DNA from: Candidatus Pelearchaeum maunauluense | GTDB lineage: Archaea; Thermoproteota; Nitrososphaeria_A; Caldarchaeales; Caldarchaeaceae | NCBI GenBank assembly: GCA_030059675.1 | Contig: JANVYQ010000004.1 | Span: 64,001 to 128,000, forward strand | Length of the DNA stretch: 64,000 bases | Reading direction: 5' to 3' | In this document: positions 10,327 through 19,176 of the stretch, piece by piece | How the letters are laid out: every line of letters begins with the position of its first letter | Position numbering within the stretch: position 1 is the first letter of the stretch | The notes under the pieces: generated by a model | The model's database searches: none | What the model saw: only the letters and a program-made list of their open reading frames with translations | Told to the model about the DNA's origin: nothing | Program-made: the position numbers and the translations under genes

Positions 10327-11601
10327 TTGTTTGAGGAGGAGTATAAGCGGCGGTATGTATTCGGCGCCGACTATGGGACTAGCGACTTTAAGTACGGCCC
10401 CATAACGCAGGGAGAGAAGCCACTCGTCGTTGAGAATCGCGGCTATTTTCCAGAGCCATCTATTGTAGCGAGCATACTGGGCACTGTCAGGGAGGTGGTC
10501 GTCGGTAAGGATGTGCCGCTCTTCCTTGAGAGTGGCGCAGACCTTGCCACGCGGCTGGTCTATCCAATGAGGAGCGGGACTATTGCTAAAGATGATTCCC
10601 GCTCGTGGAGGGTGATTAAGGAGCTTACGCTTATGGCTCTAAAGGAGTTTAGGCCAGGAGGCTTCGGCTTCAGAGGCTTCTACCTGGTGGCAGCCCTCTC
10701 AGCCATAGCCCCGCGCTACATGTATGAGACGCTCTTCGAGATTTATCGCGAGATAGCGCGTGAGGATAACTTGATTCACTCAGCCACAATCATACCACAG
10801 CCCCTCGCCGTTGCGATTGCCCATAAGACTACCTCCTGCGTTGTTGTTGAGAGTGGACATGGGAATACGCAGGTTGCCCCAATATCACGCGCCCCTATTA
10901 GGGGCGCTGTTGTCGCGCTCAACAGGGGTGGGAGCGAAGCCAACGCCATAACCGCTGAGATACTTAAAGACGCTGGTTATGGCGACCTAGCGCGCGAGGA
11001 AGCGCTTGTACGACGGGTAAAGGAGAACCTAGGGCTCCTCCCACTAGACCTAGACCGCGCAATCTCATACGCCAAGTCAAACCCAGAAGCGGTAAGAGCG
11101 GTCTATCAAGTTCCTGGCACTAGGATAAAGATAGACCTAGGAGAGAACTCTTGGGCCAGGTTCCTGATAGGCGAATATGTCTTCGACCCTAATCACGAGT
11201 TGTTCCAGAGCTATTTTAGGCGTGGCATGCCTAGGCCGCGCGATGCTAAGGTTGGTGATATAGTGTTCTATGGGATGCTCAACCTGGCTGACACGATAAT
11301 CACCTCTATAGAGCGCTGCCCCGTGGAGCTTCAGCCCCACCTCTACGGGCAGGTCATCCTCTCTGGCGGGAACTTCTCGTGGAGGCCGCCAGAGGGCTTG
11401 AAGGGCATAGCGGTTGACGCCGAGACCAAGCTAAGCCGCATGCTACGCCAGCGCGGAGTGGAGAATGCTAAAGTCACGTTATCCCCAGAGCCTCAATACG
11501 CAGTATGGCGCGGCTGCATCGTCTTTGGGTACGCAGTACCAGCGAACTACCAGTGGAGTTGGGAGAGGATGGAAGGCTGGATAAACCTAACCAAAACATA
11601 G
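10327..11601 (+). CDS. Crenactin (archaeal actin)
   Basis: DYGTSDFKYG, YPMRSG, ESGHGNTQVAPI, ILSGG, YAVWRG. Confidence 0.92.
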   Translation: MFEEEYKRRYVFGADYGTSDFKYGPITQGEKPLVVENRGYFPEPSIVASILGTVREVVVGKDVPLFLESGADLATRLVYPMRSGTIAKDDSRSWRVIKELTLMALKEFRPGGFGFRGFYLVAALSAIAPRYMYETLFEIYREIAREDNLIHSATIIPQPLAVAIAHKTTSCVVVESGHGNTQVAPISRAPIRGAVVALNRGGSEANAITAEILKDAGYGDLAREEALVRRVKENLGLLPLDLDRAISYAKSNPEAVRAVYQVPGTRIKIDLGENSWARFLIGEYVFDPNHELFQSYFRRGMPRPRDAKVGDIVFYGMLNLADTIITSIERCPVELQPHLYGQVILSGGNFSWRPPEGLKGIAVDAETKLSRMLRQRGVENAKVTLSPEPQYAVWRGCIVFGYAVPANYQWSWERMEGWINLTKT

Positions 11602-11699
11602 CCGTTAGGGTCTCAAAGTGGTAAAGAAACTTCGAGCCCGCTGAACTGTGATGATTGGTGGACCGACAGAGCTTTCCCCACGGGGATACCCTAACGGCT
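11600..11699 (+). ncRNA. BHB-flanked structured RNA with C/D-like boxes; predicted 71-nt excised piece 11617-11687
   Basis: 11-bp outer helix AGCCGTTAGGG/CCCTAACGGCT, central TCTC/GGGG, bulges AAA and ATA, inner GTGG/CCAC; internal CTGA..GTGATGA. Confidence 0.65.
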
Positions 11700-11917
11700 G
11701 CGAAAATAAACTACTGCTCTTCTCTCTAATATTTCTTTTTATATCTAATGGTTTTAGGCTGTTTTCTTGGATGCTTCACATATCTGGAATCTTAACGCCT
11801 TGGCTATCCTAGGCATTGTTTGCGTTGTGTGGGCATCACAGCTTTATGAAAGTGCGTAAGGTATTTGGAGAGTATTAGTACGTAGCGATTGCCCGTTCTG
11901 GCATAGTCCGAAATATA

Positions 11918-12011
11918 TGCGGCCGGCGGGATTTGAACCCGCGACTTTGGGGCGTGCCCCTTCAGCTTGGGGTCGGGGCCCCCACGTCCTGCCTGGCTAG
12001 ACCACGGCCGC
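11918..12011 (-). tRNA. tRNA-Gly(CCC)-like gene with about 20 extra nt (intron 11954-11973 if at 37/38) and an aberrant anticodon loop
   Basis: Acceptor GCGGCCG/CGGCCGC-A, intact D and T arms, stem TGGGG/CCCCA; no U33 in any single-intron parse. Confidence 0.65.
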
Positions 12012-12064
12012 TCTAGGGTGTTGTTTCTAGGCAACGGTATTTAAAAGTAGCAGCCACCTTTTTC

Positions 12065-13726
12065 TCATGTCTTTAGGGTAGCTTTAAGCTCTGAGATGCG
12101 TGCCTCTATCTCCTCGTTGGAGAGCTTCCTAAACAGGGGCTTCGGCTCCCTTATCCTATGCCCTGGCCTTATATCGGCGTATATGTCGCTCCACTTGGGC
12201 GGGCTCGGCAGGTTAAGATACTCACGCGTCCTCTCGGCGGTGAAGGGTAGGAAGGGATAGGATAGGACGGAGAGAGCATTAACTATACGCAGTGCATAAA
12301 ATATCGTGGAGGGCGCGTTCTCCTTATTCCTCCAAGGCTCCTTTTCGTTCAGAAATCTATTCCCCTGTTGGGCCAGGTCTAGGACGGTCTTCATCCCGTC
12401 CCTAAACTCGCAGCGCTCAAGATGCTGCTCAACACGCTGGGCTGCCTCGCCTATCCACCCACCAACAACTTCTGCGTCCCGCTCATCATCCGCCTCTGGA
12501 ACAACGCCGCCAAACATGTTCCAAGTAAACGATAGAACTCGGTGAATGAAGTTGGCCAACGTCCCTATCAACTCGCTATTAACACGGAGCTGAAAATCAC
12601 GCCACCTGAAGTCCGTGTCCTTCCCCTCGGGGGCTGTCACGAGAGCGTAGAACCTTATGAGGTCTGGGTCAAAATACTTCAGCATTTCATGAAGCCATAC
12701 AGCCCACCCGCGGCTGGTGGAGATCTTCTGTCCCTCAAGATTAACAAACTCATTAACGACTACGTTGTACGGTAGTATATAATCACCATGCGCTATGAGG
12801 ATTGCTGGGAAGAGTATGGTGTGGAAGAAGAGGTTGTCCTTCCCTATGAAACAGTATAGTTTAGTTTCCTTATCAAGCCAATACCTGCGCCAGGCGTCTG
12901 GCTCTCCCCTCTCCTCAGCCCAGTCGCGGGTTGCAGATACGTATCCAAGTAGGTTCTCAACCCAGTTGTATAGCACCTGCCCCTCGGCGCCTGGGAAGGG
13001 GGCTGGCGGCCCCCAGTCATAGTCGCGTGTAATGTCCTTGTCGCGCAGCCCCTCCCGCTCAAGCCACGAGATAGTCTTATTATAGGTGGACTTCCTCCAG
13101 TAGGTTTTGGGCCTAACATACTCCAGAACCTTCTCGGTGAGTGCTGAGAGCTTGAGGAAGAAGTGGGTCTTCTCAACTATCTCTGGCTTGGCTCCGCAGA
13201 TGCTGCACTTGGGGTCTCGTAGCTCAAAAGCCTCGTAGAAGCTTCCGCACACCTCACAGACATCGCCGTACTGCTCTGGAGCGCCGCATACTGGGCAGGA
13301 GCCTTTAACAAACCTGTCTGGGAGAACTTTCTTATCCACCGGGCAGTACCACTGCTTTATCTCCTTGGGGTAGATGTAGCCCTTCTCCCAGAGACGGCGG
13401 TAGAACTCCTCAACGGTTTTGTAGTGTATTAGCTTTGAGGTTCTGGAGAAGATGTCAAAGCTTATCCCCAGCTTCTCAAACGTCTCCTTCTGCTGTGGGT
13501 ATGTGAGGTCGCATAGCTGCTGAGGCGTTAGCCCGCGTCTAAGCGCCTCTAACACGATGCTGGAAGCGTTCTCATCAGTTCCGCAGACAAATAATGTATC
13601 GTTCCCCCTTATCCTGTTGTATCTGGCGAATACATCCGCGGGTAGGTAAGCTCCTGCTAGATGACCAAAGTGCCTAGGAGCGTAGCTGTATGGAAGTGCT
13701 GCCGTGATTAGCGTCTTTAGGGCTTT
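12065..13726 (-). CDS. metG: Methionyl-tRNA synthetase; start unresolved
   Basis: Frame open upstream of the tracked ORF: TLITAALPY, HFGH (HIGH), GTDE; Zn knuckles; KISTS. Confidence 0.9.
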   Translation of the reverse strand, partial: KALKTLITAALPYSYAPRHFGHLAGAYLPADVFARYNRIRGNDTLFVCGTDENASSIVLEALRRGLTPQQLCDLTYPQQKETFEKLGISFDIFSRTSKLIHYKTVEEFYRRLWEKGYIYPKEIKQWYCPVDKKVLPDRFVKGSCPVCGAPEQYGDVCEVCGSFYEAFELRDPKCSICGAKPEIVEKTHFFLKLSALTEKVLEYVRPKTYWRKSTYNKTISWLEREGLRDKDITRDYDWGPPAPFPGAEGQVLYNWVENLLGYVSATRDWAEERGEPDAWRRYWLDKETKLYCFIGKDNLFFHTILFPAILIAHGDYILPYNVVVNEFVNLEGQKISTSRGWAVWLHEMLKYFDPDLIRFYALVTAPEGKDTDFRWRDFQLRVNSELIGTLANFIHRVLSFTWNMFGGVVPEADDERDAEVVGGWIGEAAQRVEQHLERCEFRDGMKTVLDLAQQGNRFLNEKEPWRNKENAPSTIFYALRIVNALSVLSYPFLPFTAERTREYLNLPSPPKWSDIYADIRPGHRIREPKPLFRKLSNEEIEARISELKATLKT

Positions 13727-13825
13727 TCACCCTAGAGCACTACCTCGTCCTCAGTCTTATTTTTGCCTTACGTCATGGTATGGGGAGGGTTCTTAAACCC
13801 CCAAAGCATGTTTGGCCTCTTGGGC

Positions 13826-14002
13826 ATGGGGGGCAGCAAGATTAGGCGCTGTAAGGTGTGCGGGGCTTATACGCTTAAGGAGCGCTGCCCCTCCTGCGGC
13901 GGCGAAACGGCAAGCCCACACCCACCCCCATTCTCCCTAGATGACAAATATCTGGATATACTCGTGCGCGTGAGACAGAAGAGGCGTGCTGAGGGTATAT
14001 AA
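13826..14002 (+). CDS. nop10: Nop10 (H/ACA RNP subunit)
   Basis: CKVCGAYTLKERCPSCG..HPPPFSLDDKY. Confidence 0.92.
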   Translation: MGGSKIRRCKVCGAYTLKERCPSCGGETASPHPPPFSLDDKYLDILVRVRQKRRAEGI

Positions 14003-14088
14003 AGAGAGCTCCCAACCCAGGCGATAAGATTGGGTTAAGGAGATAAATAGCTGGGGGTATCGTTAATGCGTAGCAGGGTTGGTTAGGG

Positions 14089-14844
14089 TTGGAGACCCGT
14101 ATAATCACGTTTGATGGCTCCGAGACTAAGGCAAGTATAGTGATAGAAGCATCTCCCACACCAGGGGCTGCTGGGCTTATCGCTGGAAACTTCCTCATAG
14201 AGAGCCTTGAGGCTAAGAAGGTTGCTGAGGTTGTCTCGCCGTTTTTCCCGCAGATAAGCCTGATAAACGACCAGGGGATAGCATCACGGCCAAAGATTGA
14301 GATATACATAGCTGACGTGCAGGGAAGGAAGATTCTCCTGATGTCTAGGAATTTTCCAGTAGAGAGTAATGAGGGCAGCCATATCCTTGCGCGTAAGCTC
14401 TACGAGTTTCTGGCTGAGCGTGGCGTGGTTGAGTATTATGTTTTTGCCAGCGGCAGGATAACGGGAGAGCGCGGTGTGTATGTCTCATCAACAAGTATTG
14501 ATGAGGTAAAGTCATTCCTCGCGGCGGGGGCTAGGCTCTCCCCCTCACTGGAAAGCCTGCCTGTGGATAAGCTCACAGGGTTCTTGATGATGTTCTTCGC
14601 CCGCGAGAAGAAGCGAGTATTCCTACTGCTCTCAGACACGCCCTCATACTTCCCAGACCCGCTCGCGGCCCGCCGCCTGCTAGAGGTGTTCTCACGAGGC
14701 ACGCAGCTCCAGCTAGACTTCTCAAAGCTTGATGCTGAGATTGAGAAGCAGCGCCGCGTTATGGAGGAGGTGGAGCAGGGCGCCCTAGGGCTTGCTGGCG
14801 AGCGGGAGGAGAAATCATCCAGAGAGCCGTTCTACATCGGCTAG
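14089..14844 (+). CDS. PAC2 family proteasome assembly chaperone
   Basis: PGAAGLIA, SPFFP, PDPLAA, C-terminal YIG; follows nop10. Confidence 0.8.
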   Translation: METRIITFDGSETKASIVIEASPTPGAAGLIAGNFLIESLEAKKVAEVVSPFFPQISLINDQGIASRPKIEIYIADVQGRKILLMSRNFPVESNEGSHILARKLYEFLAERGVVEYYVFASGRITGERGVYVSSTSIDEVKSFLAAGARLSPSLESLPVDKLTGFLMMFFAREKKRVFLLLSDTPSYFPDPLAARRLLEVFSRGTQLQLDFSKLDAEIEKQRRVMEEVEQGALGLAGEREEKSSREPFYIG

Positions 14845-16988
14845 CTCTCGGGATACAGCACCTCGTAGATATAGACGTAGGCAAAAGCCCTGTATGGTGG
14901 GCTTGAAGCGTAAACCAGCCTAAAATGTTCTAGCTGCGGCTCCTCGTAGATGAGCTGCGTCGTAGTACCTATCTGTCGTGGCTTGTATGGTATTAGCTGG
15001 CCTAGTAGCGTCTCTTGCCAGAACTTGTCGGTTGGGTTGAAGTTCTGGTCCATGTATTCCGACTCTTCAAACTGGTATCCTACCTGCTTAGCTATCCTGA
15101 GCATCCATATCCACTTCCCATCCTCACCGAAACCTAGGAACGTGCCAGAGACCTGACCTCCCTGGATTGAGAACAGGCCCGTAACGAATATTACCACGTG
15201 GGTGACGCCGTGCCTCCTGAAAACATCAACCGCTACCTTCTCATCCGACATGAATGCATAGGCTACCTCTCCAATCTGCGTGCTGTTGAGGGTGGCGTTG
15301 TCAATTAATGTAGTCTTGTTACCCAGAACCGTTATCCAGTAGCCATAGTCCCACCAGGAAGCTACTACGGCGTCGCTGGGTAGGTTGTCGCGCATCCAGG
15401 CCAGCGCTTTAGGCCAAGCGTCCTCAAACCCCCTTATGGGTATACTACTGCTCAGCAGTGTTACGGGCTGGTATCCCTGGTCAACGGGTGATATGCTGGT
15501 TCCGCGTAGGTTTATTCCACCGTAAACCCCTGGGAGGATGCTGTAGGAGATGAAGAATAGTATGAGTAGGGGCGTGAGTATAGCGTAGGATTTAGGTATT
15601 GCTATGTGGCGTTTTCTGGTGCTTGCTGAGGCGCTCAATAGCTGGCCTAGTGAGCTGAAGAGTGATGTGAAGGCCTGGCCAGCCGCCAACGCTACTGCTG
15701 GCGCCGCTATCAGAACTAGCCTAACCATAGAGGCTGAGAAGTAGATGCTCAATATTGTGAAGAGGGCTATGAAGAGGCTTGTCTGGTCTGCTCTCCGCAG
15801 CATGACGTACAGCCCGTAGGGGACGAAGAGGAGGAGCACTCCGAAGTCGGAGAAGAGGACGGCCCAGGTTGATAGCTGGTTCTCGGCAACCGACTCAATA
15901 ATGGGCAGTTCGTCTCTAAGCCATGGCAGGAGGACGGATAGGAACTTGAGGGATGGCACTCTAATAGCGTTAGCCGCTATGGCGACGCCCATTATGATGA
16001 TACCCGCTATTATCACCAAGTAGGGTAGTGTCCGCCTAATCGTTGTAGAGCCTATGTGTGAAGCGATTTCAAAAACAATCAAGAGCCCTATTGAGAGTAT
16101 GCCTGTGAATAGCGTAAATTCAAACAGGTATCTAACCCCTAGTTTGGGAACCATTATAGCTATGAGCGCGTAGGTGGCGTAAGTTATTGCTGTAGCTGTT
16201 AGGAGCTGTGTCCTATACCTTCCTATGAGCGCGAGGAAGACTGTGAAGAGCGGTATGAATGCTAGTGGAAATTTATGCGCTCCCCAGCTTGCGGCCATGA
16301 AGCCTAGTAGAAGGCCAGAAAGTATGGAGTAAGCCACGACGCCTTTCTCACTCCTCCCCTCCTTTATGGCGAGCAGGAAGAGGAGATAACCCCCAAGCAT
16401 CAGGGGTATGCTCAAGCTCTCATCATCAAACCACCCTAGGTGGGTTCTCCCTATGTGGGCAGCGCTTATAGCCAAGAATAATGCTGCCGCAAGGCCTGTG
16501 GGGCCGCCCCCAAGCTCTCGCCCCAAGAAGTAGATTGCAATAACCGCCACGACGCCATAAACTACTGGGAGCATAGCCGCAAGCTCGAGAGGGTCTACAC
16601 GAACTCCCATCATAGCTAGGATGTTGTAGATGAATGCCATGGAGAAGGGAAGTCCTGGGAAGGCTGTTATCCCAACGTCGCGGCCGTATGGGTACCATGA
16701 CGAGTAGTCGTGCCAGTTGAAGAACTCTATGAAGCCTCCCCATCCCCTATCTATGATGAACCGCGCCTCCTTAAACTGCATCCAGGGGTCAAACTCTGAG
16801 AGCGCGACACCCCATCTTATCGGGAGTACGCGGAGTATGAATGCTATAGCGAGTATTAGGGCTAGTATGGAGAGCTCTATAACGTATTGCCTCCCTCCAA
16901 ACCGTCTATCTATGCTTCTCAAGACTTCAAAGAATGTGCCTACGCCTCGCAAAGCCTCCACCGCAGCGCGTCTCTCCCCGCTCATCAC
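14841..16988 (-). CDS. aglB: Oligosaccharyltransferase AglB/STT3
   Basis: EFDPW, SVAENQ, WWDYGY, DNAT; many TM segments. Confidence 0.95.
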   Translation of the reverse strand: MMSGERRAAVEALRGVGTFFEVLRSIDRRFGGRQYVIELSILALILAIAFILRVLPIRWGVALSEFDPWMQFKEARFIIDRGWGGFIEFFNWHDYSSWYPYGRDVGITAFPGLPFSMAFIYNILAMMGVRVDPLELAAMLPVVYGVVAVIAIYFLGRELGGGPTGLAAALFLAISAAHIGRTHLGWFDDESLSIPLMLGGYLLFLLAIKEGRSEKGVVAYSILSGLLLGFMAASWGAHKFPLAFIPLFTVFLALIGRYRTQLLTATAITYATYALIAIMVPKLGVRYLFEFTLFTGILSIGLLIVFEIASHIGSTTIRRTLPYLVIIAGIIIMGVAIAANAIRVPSLKFLSVLLPWLRDELPIIESVAENQLSTWAVLFSDFGVLLLFVPYGLYVMLRRADQTSLFIALFTILSIYFSASMVRLVLIAAPAVALAAGQAFTSLFSSLGQLLSASASTRKRHIAIPKSYAILTPLLILFFISYSILPGVYGGINLRGTSISPVDQGYQPVTLLSSSIPIRGFEDAWPKALAWMRDNLPSDAVVASWWDYGYWITVLGNKTTLIDNATLNSTQIGEVAYAFMSDEKVAVDVFRRHGVTHVVIFVTGLFSIQGGQVSGTFLGFGEDGKWIWMLRIAKQVGYQFEESEYMDQNFNPTDKFWQETLLGQLIPYKPRQIGTTTQLIYEEPQLEHFRLVYASSPPYRAFAYVYIYEVLYPES

Positions 16989-17083
16989 GTGAATTTAAGC
17001 CAATCGCCAAGTCTGTCAGACCTGAGAATGACGTGTTGGGAGATGTGGTTAAATACGCGCTACTGGATTGGCTTCATGCCAGC

Positions 17084-17506
17084 ATGTCGCATAGGAAGGA
17101 GCGAGGAAAGACCGCAGAACCCCTCTTTACACGGATTGTGGATTCTCTTACAAACCTATCACAATCAAAGACTGTCCGTAACATAATCATAATCCTAGTT
17201 ATCGTGGCGATAATCGCTATAGCAAGCGGCCTTCCATATAACATGACAGTGGAGAGCATCGGTGTGGCGTTTATAGGCGGAAGCATAAGGGTATTCATCC
17301 CAAGCCTTCGCGCCCAGACGTATGCAGAACTGCTGGTAACCAGCACGTTCTACATATTCGGCTTCATAGGAATACTTCTCTATATACTGGCTTCGCAGCA
17401 GGTTGGCAGCCCTAGGAGCAATAGGTATATGATAATCTTCAGCGTCCTGCTCTTGTTGTTTGCTTTTCTGGGGCTTATAGGTGGTTTCATATCCAAGCTG
17501 GGCTAG
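17084..17506 (+). CDS. 3-TM protein resembling the OST3/OST6 membrane region
   Basis: SG..YN...AQTYAE..TM pattern; divergent from aglB. Confidence 0.55.
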   Translation: MSHRKERGKTAEPLFTRIVDSLTNLSQSKTVRNIIIILVIVAIIAIASGLPYNMTVESIGVAFIGGSIRVFIPSLRAQTYAELLVTSTFYIFGFIGILLYILASQQVGSPRSNRYMIIFSVLLLLFAFLGLIGGFISKLG

Positions 17507-18147
17507 CGTAATACCATTACGCCGTCCTCTGTTATTCTAAAGACCTTCTGCTTAGCGGTTGATGGTTTTTCCAGAACTGCTACCTTAACGCTGGGTGTTG
17601 GCGCGTTTTCTAGGCGTATGACAAAATCAGACCAGTAGCCTACTATTCTCCCAGCCACCAGCCGCGGCTTGGGCTCAGCTGGTACGTCATGCACCTGCCC
17701 TACTATGATGCTGGCTAACCTCTCTCGGATGATAAGCTCCTTGAGAAGAGCTGTCTGGAAGGCCAGCCTCCTATACACTGGCATGTCCCGCCTCACGTCG
17801 CCGACGGTGGCGAGTCTGTGCAGGTAGGTTAGGTCATCGCATACTATCAAGCCCGCACCGCGGGGAAGAGACTCTGAAAGCCTTATCATAGCCTCCTCCT
17901 GCTCATCAAAGTTCTTTGGGCTTGTTAAGTAAATCAAATCAGGCTCAACATCATGCACGTTAAGCAGGTGTTCCAGCCTAGGTAGGTAGAGCCTCTCCCC
18001 GCAGTCAACCCACATGACAGCCTCCCCACGCCTCATATAGCTTATAGCTACATGGAGAGCCAATGAGGTCTTCCCAGTCTTCTCCTCACCATATACTAGA
18101 TACACGCGACCCCTATCCAGCTCCCCCTCAAAGAACCGTGAAAGCAA
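17503..18147 (-). CDS. RadB-like RecA-family ATPase
   Basis: YGEEKTGKT Walker A; no N-terminal HhH domain. Confidence 0.75.
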   Translation of the reverse strand: MLSRFFEGELDRGRVYLVYGEEKTGKTSLALHVAISYMRRGEAVMWVDCGERLYLPRLEHLLNVHDVEPDLIYLTSPKNFDEQEEAMIRLSESLPRGAGLIVCDDLTYLHRLATVGDVRRDMPVYRRLAFQTALLKELIIRERLASIIVGQVHDVPAEPKPRLVAGRIVGYWSDFVIRLENAPTPSVKVAVLEKPSTAKQKVFRITEDGVMVLR

Positions 18148-18227
18148 AGGCGCCTGCCCCGCCTTATTACCCCATTAAAGAGAAATAAAAAAGGCACAAA
18201 ATATTATGATGAACGGTCTGCGCAGGT

Positions 18228-18548
18228 ATGGTGCGAATAATACGCTTCAAGCGCAGATATCTAGACCTCATAATACAGGGTAAGAAGAGCATAACTATAA
18301 GACCCGCAGATGGCCGGCGCTATGAGCAGAGCCTAATTCTAACAGATGGTAAGCGTCGCGTGAATACTGAGCTGATTTACGTTAGGGAGGACAGGTTAAG
18401 GAATGCTCTAAGATTCTATCGCCAAGAAGGGTTTAACACGCCCCAGGAGTTGCTGAATACCCTAAAGTCTCTCTATCCAGGAATACGTATGTCAAGCAGG
18501 GTGAATATAATCAAGTTTAGACCACTCAATACCGATGCCTCCAAGTGA
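18228..18548 (+). CDS. ASCH-domain protein
   Basis: GKKSITIR, EGF, YP. Confidence 0.8.
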   Translation: MVRIIRFKRRYLDLIIQGKKSITIRPADGRRYEQSLILTDGKRRVNTELIYVREDRLRNALRFYRQEGFNTPQELLNTLKSLYPGIRMSSRVNIIKFRPLNTDASK

Positions 18549-18710
18549 TGCTCATCTCTTTGGTAGGAACTTGCTCAGTAGCTTAGCCATTAGTGAGAGG
18601 ATTCTTTGTCTGGAGATGGCCTAACCTTCAAAACAGAATAAGAAGCCATGCTCAATACTCCACTCAACATCCAAAATCACGCTACAACATAGCATAAAAA
18701 AGGTTGTAAA

Positions 18711-18805
18711 AGCCGGGGAGGGGATTTGCACCCCTGTAGAGTGGGTCTGCAGCCCACCGCCTAGCTGCTCGGCCGTCGGGGGCTCCTCATGGAGCCAACC
18801 CCGGC
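18711..18805 (-). tRNA. tRNA-Cys(GCA) with 23-nt intron (18775-18797) at position 8/9
   Basis: Anticodon arm GTGGG-CTGCAGA-CCCAC; BHB with central CGGG/CCCG, bulges GTT and ACG, inner GGCTCC/GGAGCC. Confidence 0.9.
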
Positions 18806-19062
18806 CTTGCCCCGGCTCTACTTTTGCTATGTGTTGCTTGTTTTTGAGGTTTTATCACCACTGGGCGTGTAGTGGTTGCCATTACGTAGCCCAGCCAGCC
18901 TATGATTAGGAAGATGAAGAGGGTTATTAGGAGTACGGGTAGGCGTACAGCGAGCTCGCTGTCAAGGCCTGGTATTAGGTCAAAGAACCATAAAGAGTAT
19001 ATCACAGCTCCCATGGCTGCGAAGAGCATCAACGCGGCGCCCACTAGCTTAACGCCTGACAC
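18787..19062 (-). CDS. Small 2-TM protein, DPM2-like by eye
   Basis: VG..L..Y..W..P..D..A..P..G...YVM pattern; 3' end overlaps tRNA-Cys. Confidence 0.6.
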   Translation of the reverse strand: MSGVKLVGAALMLFAAMGAVIYSLWFFDLIPGLDSELAVRLPVLLITLFIFLIIGWLGYVMATTTRPVVIKPQKQATHSKSRAGARPGLAP

Positions 19063-19176
19063 GACTGCTCCCTCGTCATATCCAGCCGTAATATCTCCAG
19101 CATTTAACCTATTTTAATGCTGGACTGTTTATATATCGTTAATTCTGGTTTAGGTCTGTTGGGTTCGTCAAGTGGT

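Noticed and set aside
11701-11917. AT-rich spacer after tRNA-Gly as an integration scar
   Set aside because: No att duplication or integrase seen
11804-12034. 76-aa ORF
   Set aside because: Shadow of the tRNA gene
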